64,000 nt of DNA from Ruditapes philippinarum (taxonomy: Eukaryota), in assembly GCF_026571515.1 (NCBI RefSeq), contig NW_026857874.1, positions 1 through 64,000 on the forward strand, written 5' to 3'. Positions within the stretch are counted from its first letter, which is position 1; each line of letters begins with the position of its first letter. The translations under genes were made by a program, and so were the position numbers. The notes beneath the pieces are model-generated. The model did no database searches and had not been told where the DNA came from. It saw only the letters and a list, made by a program, of their open reading frames with translations. Below, one piece after another: positions 14,001-25,600 of the stretch.

Positions 14001-15049
14001 CATTTAGAAATTTTATTAAGTTGTTTTATTTAATGTATAGTCAGCTTACTCCAGTGGCTCAATTTATAATATGTCTTAACAGATTTACATGTACTTTGTT
14101 CAATGTTATTATCACACAAGCAGAATATTTCCAAATTTCATAAATGGACATGTCTGACTTCCAACTTTGAAATGATCCATTATCAGCTTTGGGGAAATTA
14201 GGATAAAGGTTTGAAGTTCAGGTCAGTCCACAGAACAGAGCCTAAACACACATGCAGATTGGCTTTGCTTTTCAGTAGTGGAAAACATTGTTGGCTGTCA
14301 ATTTCAGCTGTCCAAGCATTAATTAAACAATAACAAACCATTTCTTTATATAATATTATGAAATCATTTAAATCATGATATTATTATGATACTGTTACAA
14401 AATATGATCATTCTTTTTGCTGCTCAGCCTCACAGTGACAAATTTGATCAGTGCCTACTGCTGTGACAAATTGTTTATTGTTTCTCTTGCTGTTACAAAT
14501 TTGATCATTGCACCTACTGTCGGTACAAATTTGATCATTGCACCTACTGTCAGTACAAATTTGATCATTGCACCTACTGTCAGTACAAATTTGATCATTG
14601 CACCTACTGTCGGTACAAATTTGATCATTGCACCTACTGTCAGTACAAATTTGATCATTGCACCTACTGTCAGTACAAATTTGATCTACTGTCAGTACAA
14701 ATTTGATCATTGCTTTTGCTACTGTCACAAATTTGATCACTGTATCTGCTTCTGCGATAAATTTGATAGTTTGCACCTGCTGCACTGAGACTGACTTTAT
14801 GATGTTTGCATTTGTGACAAATTTGATCATGGTGTCTGCTGCAACTATTTTGTGGCACAGTATCTGTCAACTGTATAGAATTTTTACCTATAATATATTG
14901 ATAAGTTTCGCCACAATACCTAACTTAATAAGTTTTATGTATTTGTGTTTCAGCGTGCAATAGCTGATATTGAGGGAATTCTGGGAACTACAATACAGAA
15001 TGCTGATGAAGCAGACGAAGATACAGAGGAAACAAATGAATCAAAATAG
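5026..15049 (+). CDS. IQCH: IQ domain-containing protein H, 3' portion (11 clean exons; 5' exons lie outside the window)
   Basis: Exons 5026-5176, 5813-5988, 6980-7252, 9250-9438, 10290-10410, 10981-11255, 12001-12183, 12949-13074, 13326-13387, 13885-13993, 14954-15049 (TAG). All are GT-AG and phase-consistent. Peptides [49 protein letters not shown] and [16 protein letters not shown] match vertebrate IQCH as recalled. Confidence 0.95.
5410..5676 (+). mobile_element. Degenerate tRNA-derived SINE (same family as 24782-25048)
   Basis: Diverged match to the 24782-25048 copy (cacttgcc..aatccc..agggactt..gcctgaaataatgc..gaggtc) with an A-rich tail. Confidence 0.7.
7330..7520 (+). mobile_element. 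tRNA-derived SINE-like fragment, second family
   Basis: A-box-like TGGACGAGTGG, B-box-like GGTTCAAACCC and body TACTGGTTGGTTCCAGGAACGG. A related fragment lies at ~31035-31137. Confidence 0.55.
8377..8999. mobile_element. piggyBac-like MITE, copy 1
   Basis: TTAA on both flanks; TIR CCTTTTACCGCAT versus ATGGGGTAAAAGG; homologous full-length copy at 27853-28473 in the opposite orientation. Confidence 0.85.
9450..9723 (+). mobile_element. Short degenerate HINE-type element
   Basis: Starts TTTTTAGCTTGACTATTC..GAATAG and ends GAATAGTTGAGCGCGCTGTC..ACAGCTCTTGTT, i.e. a subTIR plus 3' hairpin architecture. Confidence 0.65.
10054..10238. repeat. 27-bp minisatellite (TGTTACATTGATTCAGTAGAATAAATA), 6-7 copies
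   Basis: Direct tandem copies are visible in an IQCH intron. Confidence 0.9.
14437..14830. repeat. 30-bp minisatellite (ACAAATTTGATCATTGCACCTACTGTCAGT)
   Basis: About 6 near-perfect units plus decayed flanking units, in the last IQCH intron. Confidence 0.92.
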
Positions 15050-18000
15050 AGAATCCTGCTGTTACTATAAATAGACTATATTGTTACTATAAATAGATTA
15101 TGATGTTACTATTATTAGAATATGCATTTACCGCCATGATTTGTCAGTAGTAGTGACCCTAATGTGTGTAAATAGACTTTATAGATTTTTATAGACTAAT
15201 CATGAATGATCAAAATAATGTGTATGTATGTTAGGTGATTTGTAAATAATTTTCACATTTGTAAATGTAAAAAAATAGAAAAACTGTGTTAATGTATATA
15301 TAACTGAAATTTTACTGTTAATGCTGTATATATGTAATTGAAAACTGATTGGAATTAAGGTATTTTCTTTGTCTTTCTTTAATGATCATAGAAATCTACC
15401 TTTTATCAAATATTTTCATAGAACGTACATGATTAAAGATGAGTCACCAGTGAAGATTAATTTGTGGCTCTTCACTCGGAGACAGTGGGGGTCATGACCC
15501 TATTTTCTTGAATGACACCAGTACTATATTGGTAAGTTCCAAGTAGCAATTTGGAAATAATTGATACAAATTGCAAAACTTGGAGCTTGAAAAAATTACT
15601 ATTATTTAAAGTAAACAAATTATACATAATTATGTATTTCCATGGTTGATTGTAAACAAAGATTAAGGTCCTTTTTACATTAAAAAGGAAGTCAGATATT
15701 AATCATCATAAAAATACTGTATATTAGGGGTTTTTTTTGCGAGTATCTAATTTTGGCATGCAGTGAATATCGTGAATAATTGATTTGCCTTGAATTTTCC
15801 TTCATTTTAATACAGGGTTTTTGCAAATTGTGAAAACAATAAATCTCTGACAAAAAGACTGGCAGAAAACCGTGAAAAAATGAAATATATACATCAAAAT
15901 TGCTTTAATTAGATTTGCTTAATTAAGATTTTACTGCCAAATTTGCAAAATTTGACATACGCAAAAATAACCTGATATACAGCACATGTTTATTAAAAAT
16001 AATTGTTCCTAATAAACCCTTTGTCACAAGTTTAGAGCCAGGCAAGCGTTCACATCCATGCATATTTTGTATTTTGATGTTAAAATCCCTTAAGCTTTAA
16101 ATGGACTGTTCCAAATTCAAAGGAGGGCAAATCCATTACACAAATTCGACAGGTTTTGGGTCCAGTTACGCAATGAATAATTTTAATAATTTTATCACAA
16201 ATTCTGGAGTGACTATTATATGGTCCATTCCTTTTGAAAAAGATATTAAAATAGGCTGTTGATGTGGTGACTTCAGTATTTTAATAACACTGTGATTATA
16301 CTTAGATCATTAAAAAAAATTTATTCGAACTTGTCAGAAGTTCTCCATTTTTGTTTTATGTAGATTTTTTTTAATTTCATGGAAAATTATCTCAAACTAT
16401 CTTTAAAGTATCATAAGGTTTTCATTGCTTCATCACATCATATTATTAAGTGTCAGAATATGTATACAAAATGGTAGAGTTATTGTCATTTGACTGGCCA
16501 TTTTTTAATTATCAAATACATGTAATATAAAATAGTACGTAATAAAATTTTGCATTTACATGTAGTATCATATTATATGTAACATGTAATAATTTGATGA
16601 AAATATTTTCTTACAGCCATCACTTCCGTTCTTACTGTGATATTTTATTTATATTTATTGTTAAGTAAATTTTATATGTTATATGCTTTAGTGCCTTGTG
16701 CTTTTACAGGATTCCTCCCCCACTTCACACAAAAACTCCCACAAATCGAGGCCAAATTTTTGTTTTTGATTCAAAAAGGTTTTGTTTCTATTCACGTAAT
16801 AATGATAAGCTTACAGTATGAAATTCATATACATTTGTACTCTGTAATAACATAATTTCATATGATTTGACACGCAGTTCTTGAATACCCTTTTGAATTT
16901 GATGTCTGTCTTAAAAAACCTTGAAAAAACTGACATTTTGCTAAGAAACCTCTGGAAAAACAAACACTAGAAATTAACTGAATGGTCTGGAAAAACCCTT
17001 AAAATTAATTGGAAAAAAAGTTTGATAAATTTGTTTGAAGAAATGTATTTTTGATTAATATTTAATAAATCTCACTCATGGAAGTTCTTAATTTTTAATG
17101 TTAAGACTTTACAGATCCCCTTGAAAAAGCCTTAAATTTTTGTTTCAGAAATAAATTTGTTTCATACGAACCATGCTTTAGTTTCTTATTTTGTGCACTG
17201 TTTTGATTTACAATAATTACATATACTTTTTAAATGGATTATTTCTGTTATAAATTTCTAAAATGTTAAAACCAGATATATATGTTTTCCAGCAATTTTC
17301 CTTTGACATGAAAGTAAAAAAAAAACGTATAAAGGTAAAGAGTATTTTCTTTATACTATGTATACATTATTGCATTTTTATCTATGTTGAAATTTTATGC
17401 TTTTTTTTTTTAAAGAAAAATAATTACTGTTTATGACATGTGCAAAATAATAAAAAAATGTGAAACTTCACGTCTTAACTCTTTTCAATTTTATCCATAT
17501 TAAGTAAAAGGGCATAAAACTTTATCTTAAACCGATGAAATTTTTTATAAAATTTCATAAAAATAAAATTATGTTGCTTCCATAATCGTGTGGTGGTTTC
17601 TTGAAAGAGTATTAACATAGAATGTTTCTGTTATTTAGCACACATGAATTAATATTGTATGTAATCAGAATAGAACGTTCCGCTTTAAAACATTATTCTG
17701 TGGCACACTTTTTAACTGTTTAGCAATGATTTCGTGCATATGCTATTAGCTTTGTAGAAAAAATACCAACATCATTTTTTCATACAGCTATTTTGGAGTT
17801 ATTTAAAACTAGAACAATATTTTTTGAGACTGCAGGTAGCAGATTTATAGCTTTAAACACTTTAAAGACAGTTATTGTTTTACGTTATTTTTATATATTT
17901 TGTATATTTAGCCATTAAGAATTTAACCTTGGAAGCTTATTGACCTAGAGCCCTATAGTTACTCACTTGAGTAATTACCCTGTTACTTCATATGACACCA

Positions 18001-18974
18001 CAGTGCTTGTTAGTCCCAGAAAGTCATGTCCTGGAAAGCTATTTGTGTACGGGGCCCAAACATATTTTTGTAGATTTACCCTATTAATACTATTAATAGT
18101 TGCAAGACCTTGTTTCATGTAAGCTTGATCAGTTGCTACATGTAATTAACATGTATACTGGCTAAAATTGTTAAATATACAACTGGAAATGTGTCCGTAA
18201 GAATTTATGCCCACTTTTTGCTGTCAAAGTAACATACTAAAATTTTTTTAATAATATAAGTTTTACAACTTGCAAGTTTCACAGACTTATGACTGAGGAA
18301 AACGACAAGAACATATGTCATGTATGTATTTCATGATATACTGTGAAATTTACCTATATAGCGGTAAGTCTCCTTCAGGCCAAACTACTTTATGACACTA
18401 TTAAGTTTCATAAACTTCAGCTCTAAGACAAGGAAATTAAACACTGTTATTATGACTCTGACCTTATCATATCAACAGATAGCACCTACTGGTCATAAGC
18501 AAGGTCCCTACTAAATCATAAGTTTTTTTACCTCAAAATCAATAAGGATCACCACTAGACATGACTAATGTCCCTACCAAGTGATATTAAACCAATGCTT
18601 ATTCCTTTCCCAAGTTATTGATTGGACAACAAATAGGTCACATATATCAATGTCCTACACAGTGATCTCTCCTTATCAGTACAGCCACATTTTTTTAACA
18701 AATTTTGTGGTTTTATATTTTTGACATATGTATGAACCCACAGTATGTTTTCAATGTTAAAAGTAGTGTCAAAGAATGACCAACAATAAATATCTTATTG
18801 TAAAAATATGTTATATTTCTTTTATCAAACATTTATTCATGCATGAGCAATTATCTGTACAAATTTGTCTCTATCACAACAAAATCAACAAAAAAAAATC
18901 ATTTCCTTTAATTTTTAAAATAAATCACAGAAACAGTCAAACTTGAACAGACTGCCTTACAAAACCACTGAAAA

Positions 18975-19240
18975 TTACACAAAACCTTTACAAAATTGGT
19001 TTTCTGTTACACAAAACTTTTACAAAATTGGTTTTCTGTTACACAAAACCTTTACAAAATTGGTTTTCTGTTACACAAAACCTCTGCAAAGTTGGTTTTC
19101 TGTGACACAAAATCTCCAATCAGTTGGTTTTCTGTTACACAAAATCTCCAGTTGGTTTTCTGTTATACACAAAACTGCCAGAAAGTTTGGATTTTTCTGC
19201 CACACAAAACCTCCAGAAAGTTGGTTTTCTGTAATCTCCA
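18975..19240. repeat. ~32-bp minisatellite (TTACACAAAACCTTTACAAAATTGGTTTTCTG)
   Basis: About 8 progressively diverging tandem units. Confidence 0.88.
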
Positions 19241-21999
19241 GTGTATTTGTGTACATATACTAAACTAAAAATCTGACTTAAAATATTATACGGAGGGGGT
19301 ATCATCACAATAGCTCACCATGAGCACATTGTGTACAGGTGAGCTTAAAAGAAAGGGCTTGCATTTTTCTTCTTACAACAATTTTGATAATACATATGTA
19401 GAATCAAGCTGTGTTATTAACAATTTACAGGCATGAAAAAATAAAGATTATATAATGGGCATTCAAATTTTTGTCAAACAAACAATAACAACAAACAAAA
19501 TAGCAACATAAAAACTAAAATAGCTTCTTAATCCTTCATTGTATTGTTACAAACAGTTTAACTTTCTGTTATACTAGAATTTGGGAGTAAAAATCTCTGT
19601 ACTTCAAATTCAAGTTCAATGAAGGTACACATCATTTTAAAACATCAGACATTCTAAGAATAGAAAATGAACAACAAAAGGCGCATCCAGAGTGCAGATT
19701 TCGCAGATGTCTTGACAAGAGGTCCAGAAAAACAGGCCCCCTGGCCCCACCCCCTACACCAAACTATTGATGTAAGGGCATTATAAATAAACTTAATAAA
19801 ACAAGTTAAAAATCATACATCTACATCGGAATGCCAGTGACAAAAATCATAATTATCATTAAAAACAACATATTGTCACCTTAGTGCAGTAACGGGTTAA
19901 AGTCTTACATAGTTTAATGGAGTTAACCTGTTACTGCACTAAGGCGATGATATAACACATCATCAGTACTTGCAAGCATCTTACTATGAACAGAAAAATA
20001 AAACATCATATTGCACTAATAAACAGAAAAAAAACATGTAACTTTGTTCATTAACAGGCATTTAACTCAAGTTCAAAAGTATGATCCTTCAAAAGTGAAT
20101 TCTCATGAATTCTCACGCAACAAAAGTAAAACAGTAAATTTTCTTGTCATTGGTCAGATTCAAAAACAACAATTTTGAATCAACCAATCAGTTACAAGAT
20201 AGTAATATCTGGTTCCCTTCACAGAATTGTAAAAGCCCACAGACCAATATACATTAATTTTATCAAGGAATAACTAAGAAAACTCTTTCTCAAGGTCATA
20301 GAAAAGATGAAATTTACTCTATTACTTGGTCTATTTTACAACTTATGTGAGAATAAATAGCTATTTTACAAAACCTAATATCTAAAGTATATTCTCTAAT
20401 AAAGCCCCTGAAGGGCGTACATATTCTAAAAAGGGTGGCATTAATTAAAATAGGAAGGAAAAATGTTATATATCATCAACATAAAAAGAATCTTTACTAT
20501 TTTTGTGTCATTTTCCACAGATTTTAATTATATACTTTTGTTTATTTCAATGGTTTTATAATAAACTTCTATCATTTACATTTCCTATGTCAAAAACGGG
20601 CAAGGGGCTTTTATTAGGGGAGGGACATTTATTAGAGATATTTATTAGAGAAAATATGGTATCACACCAGGAGGAATGGCACAAATGTAAAGGGTTGTTT
20701 CTGTTAGAAATGCAAAAATCTGAAGCATAAAATGCACCAGAAGTGGAATACCTTCAAATTAACAGAAAAGGAGTTAAGAAAAGAAAAAAAATCTTAATCA
20801 AAAAAATAATATTTATCCTATGAGTATTTTCCAAAAATATCAACTAAACTAAAACAATGGGGGAAAAAACAGATATTTTTTAAAAATATCTTGCATTTGA
20901 TCAACACACATGCCCCTAAAAGCACTATATTATTGAAGTACATTAATGGGAGGTAACTTGGATACAATGCATGACACAGTTATGCTACTTGCGTGGATCA
21001 TTACTGTTTCCTTGTTTAAAGCCGCACTTAAGGATTACAAACTTTAAATAATGCTCAGAAAATATATCAAGAGCTTAAACACTCTTTTCACTCATGAATA
21101 GCTCTTATCAAATATATTTACATGTACCATCTATGATACATGAATATACATGAACACACTTCTATCATATAGAATCAACTTAATCATTTTCATAAAACTA
21201 CACAAATTATACCAAATTTTTAGTTTTTCTTTTTTCATTTAACACCAGATTTTAGTTCTTAAAAGCTGTAGTGCACAATATTGTGTAATATAAAACTTTC
21301 ATACAATTACCTTTAGGACAAATCTAAAATAACGAACAAAAATGCCGTGTAACTTTCTTTCACTTCCTGTTTCTTAATTTAAGTATGAACTGGATCCAAG
21401 GTTATAAATATAGATGTGCAAATGAACAGTGAATGTATGATTTCAGAGGCAGAACAATTTCAAAACTTATGTATTTAATGATATACTATGCTCATCCTTG
21501 AGTAAAAAATTTTAATTATAGAAACTTGATTGAAATCTTTGAAATTCTTACTGAATATGTTTCATTTGAATTAAAGAATGAATAAACTATGTATGAGAAG
21601 CTGCTTTCCCTAGTACAAGTCAAGTAAAGTTGGTCTTTTCTTTAAAAAGCTGCAAGTTTTTCAAATGACACTTTATATTCATATTATGACCACTTGGTGC
21701 GTAGAATTTTTAACAAAACATAATCTACTTTGTGTGATGTCAAAACCTGTTTATTTTATATGTACAAAGATACTTTGTAGCAATTATCAATATTTTCTAA
21801 TATCAATTTTAGAGCATAGTATATCTTTAAACTAAGAATGAAAGCTCTAAACATGTTGCTCCAAACAAATCAGAAGGCTTTAACCCTTACCCTGATGAAA
21901 CCATACTCCACCAGTATCAAGCCAGGCCAGGGGACACATCTTTGACGTCTGACCAGACTGTATACTATTGGTAGCTCCATTTTTGTATTTTGACATTAA

Positions 22000-22341
22000 A
22001 GCAGCACGCCTCCAGATTCATGCTAATTTTCATGTCAATTTTGAAAATGTGTTAAAAAGTATTATTTAGTGAAATAACCAAAAAAAAAGCAATTTACACA
22101 TTATCAATGGCACTTAAAATCCACGTAAATTACTAAAAAAAGGACAAAATATACAAAAATAGCACCTACTGCATTAGTAACGCAGTAGAAATAAAGTTAT
22201 AAATTTTGAAAAATCAGTCATTAATCGCACATAACATGTAAAATATTACTTGAATCTTTAATATTTTTCCTAAAATCTTGGTACATTTTTCTCAAGTTCG
22301 ATTTTATTGAAATATTTTCGCTCATCTGGAGGCATGCAGCT
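22000..22341. mobile_element. Kolobok-like MITE
   Basis: TTAA flanks; AG...CT termini; TIR AGCAGCACGCCTCCAGAT versus ATCTGGAGGCATGCAGCT. A lone right-end copy occurs at ~61900-61947. Confidence 0.75.
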
Positions 22342-22617
22342 TTAAAACCCCTTAATATTCAAATGGACTGTTCCAAATTCAAAGCTGGGCAAATCCATTA
22401 CAAAAATTCAGTAGGTTAATTGTTAAACATTGTCTTCTGAATGAAAAGTCAGCACCTAGTGCCAGTTTGCCACACATATACAAGGTACTCTTGTATTGTA
22501 CCATGTGACATATCAAATAAATAGATACATTTGTATATTTACACCCTGCCTGTTATCTGATACATATATTTATATAAATGTTTGTTCATTTTTGGTTCCC
22601 GGCAAGTACAAGTTTTA

Positions 22618-25600
22618 TCATTCTACACTATTGCTGGACCCCGGTCGGTTCTCGTCCTGTATCACAGATTTAGCACTGTATTGTGTGTCGTCGAACACTT
22701 TTAAATGAATCTGGAAAAGTAAAGACTACATTTAAAGGCAATTCACTGATGAGCTTTATAGACATGACTAGACTGGTTGTATGTACCATTGAATGTAAGT
22801 CTTGACCAAAAGCAAATTTCAAGACCATTCCATCATCACGTTTTTATAGTGCTAAACGTTGCAATGCTTTTCGGAATTAGTTTTATAATCACACAATAAA
22901 TCAATTTTCAATTAAATTCTGAGCATATTTCTTAATTTTCCTTACATATTTCTTAATTTTCCTTTCCAGACCTATCCATTTAAAGTGTTTTGCTTGATCT
23001 ATGTAAGAATTTCAAATTTTATGTTTTTTGGCTTTTTGACCTACTAAACTCCTTAAGCAGAAAGCTACATCATATTTATAGGGGTTTTTGTTTATCAGGC
23101 ATTTACACTTGCGCCAAATGACACTTATTAGTTTAACATTAGGGTGAAATCTTGAAATTCTTGTTCTGTTGTGCATTTGTCTTTGCTATATATTTCTTTG
23201 TATAGTACAGAAAGGAGATTCTATAAATCACTATAGTTTTTAAACAGAATTATAATATGATCTCACTCAAACTGTTTGGTATCATATCTTTGATCATAAC
23301 TCTAGGGTCGGTATACCTAACCTGCTTGCCTTGAAAACTAACCAATCATAACCAATCCTCCAAAAGTGACCAAGTTCTAATCACACATAATTACTGAATC
23401 AAACCATTGGACTCAATGTCTAAGATCAACTGTCAAGAAGAAATTCCGCCATACCTGATGATCACCTGACATTTATTACATCATATAACTTGTCAAAAAT
23501 CTTTATAACAATGAATACCATATAATACCTGTATGAATATGTTAACTTCCAAACTTTTACTAAGGTACGGGAAATTTCCGCCATGTTTAAGATGAGCACG
23601 TTTAGCATTGGGATAACATTTGTACATCTCTTCCCTTACTTCCTGTGACAGGGCACAGTCATCAAATACCTAAATATAGACAGATATCTAATTATAGACA
23701 GATATATCACTGCATGATCTACAAAATAAAAAAACTTTGGCTATTTTGTTTATATATTTTCATTCAAACCATTGGCTTAATGACAAGTGTACTGTTATTT
23801 ACAAGGCCACACAGGGAACAAATTTTGGCCGAAAGCCTGCCACTGGCTGTCATTCCTTGCAACTGTTAGTTTAAAACATGCTTGTCACAGACACTTGCCA
23901 ATGTTGATTGCCAAAGCCTGCTTCAGAAAGTCATGTTTCAAGTCCACCAAGGACAGTAATGGACCTGTTGGTTCAAAGCCTGTTACAGACAGTTTCCATT
24001 TGCCAGTTGGTTCAAAGCCTGCAACACACACTTGCACATTGCAAATGTTGGTTCAAGGCATGCTACAGAGAAATGTTTGTTCAAGTTAATTATCCATAAA
24101 GCTGACTGAAGTACCAACATTAAAATACCTAGATATCTAAGTTAAAGGTTAAATTCAAGGCCTCTAGTGACATTTAAGAAATCAGGGGTAACAATTACCA
24201 CCCAATGACCTACAGTAGAAGACTCAATATATTGTTCATGAAAAATTGAAACAAATTGAGGTAAATTTAAAACGGACAGTAAGACTAAGATAACATTCAT
24301 ACTTACATCCATTATCGTAACTTCTACTCCTGAAAGTTTCTGTGGTTCAACATAACAATTCATACAATTCAAGGTTAAACGAGATGCCAACTCTTGCTGC
24401 GTTAAACTGTCCAACTGTAACAAACAGAAAATGTGCATTTTTTACACTTTTAAATCCAAATCAGCAAATAATGTTTGTTTGCTACAAGTCTAGATCTGTC
24501 CATTTTTCAATCTGGACAATCTTCAATATTGTGTGAAAGCTTTTTTGAACCACTCTTCTCAAGTTTGTTTCCTATAACTTACCAGTATTGGTGTCAACTC
24601 GGGGAAACAAAATCACCTACATTGTATATCCTAGGCAGGGCTCAAAACCCATGATCCCTGGGTTTTTGGATAGAAACCATAACCAACTCAACCAAACGTT
24701 ATTTCCACCCAGGTATATGCATGTAATTGTTCAACAAATACTAGGCAAATTCTTTTCTTTAAACATAATCTGAACCAAGATCTTTTTCTTTTGATTGGGT
24801 TTTACGTCACACCGGCACAGTATAAGTCATAAAGTGACGTTCCAGCTTTTCTGGTGGAGGAAGACCTCAGATGCCCTCCCGTGCATTATTTCAGGCAAAA
24901 ACGGGCACCTGAGTAGAACTACTGACGTTCCGTAAGCTAGCTTCCTCACATGTAAGAACCCAAAGTCCCTGTCGGGATTCGAACCAAAAGCGGTAACGGG
25001 CAAGTGGTTTGAAGTCAACAACCTTAACCACTTGGCCACGGACGCCCCGAACCAAGATCTGTCACAAGTGCATGTAAATAAATGTCAAAAATCATTAACT
25101 ACAGAGACATTTTATAAAATCAGTAAGGGAAGGTTTAATGCACAACAGGGGGATTATGTGTTACAAATACAAACCTTTTCTACCATAAAATCAATAGAAT
25201 CAGCTATTTCAGGGTCCATTAGACTCTTGTCAAAATTCCCCATCACCATCTTCTTTAAAAACAACGCTGGCATCATCCAAAACCTGTGTGACAGTATCAA
25301 AATATCTTAACTGCATAAATGATAACAGTGGTTCAAACATAATACACCTTAATTCTCCAAGAGCTGTCAGAGGAGACAGTACTATGGACTAATTAAATAC
25401 TGGATGCAGTGAAAAGACATAACTGGAAAAAAAAAAAATTTGATATAAATGTATTCCTGTATCACTATCAAGAAAGAACTCAAATGTTCAATAGGTATTC
25501 ACCATGACGATAAACTTTAATCAGAAATCTGAAAATGGAAGTGGCGTTGAGTAAGACAGCTCTCCATATACTTTGTATAGTTGAGCTTAAAGTGTCCTAG

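Noticed and set aside
14408-14963. Overlapping repeat-protein ORFs such as ([10 protein letters not shown])n
   Set aside because: A 30-bp intronic minisatellite is open in several frames on both strands.
24960-25048. Possible tRNA gene (A and B boxes)
   Set aside because: It continues into a SINE body and tail and has several decayed copies. No complete cloverleaf is evident.
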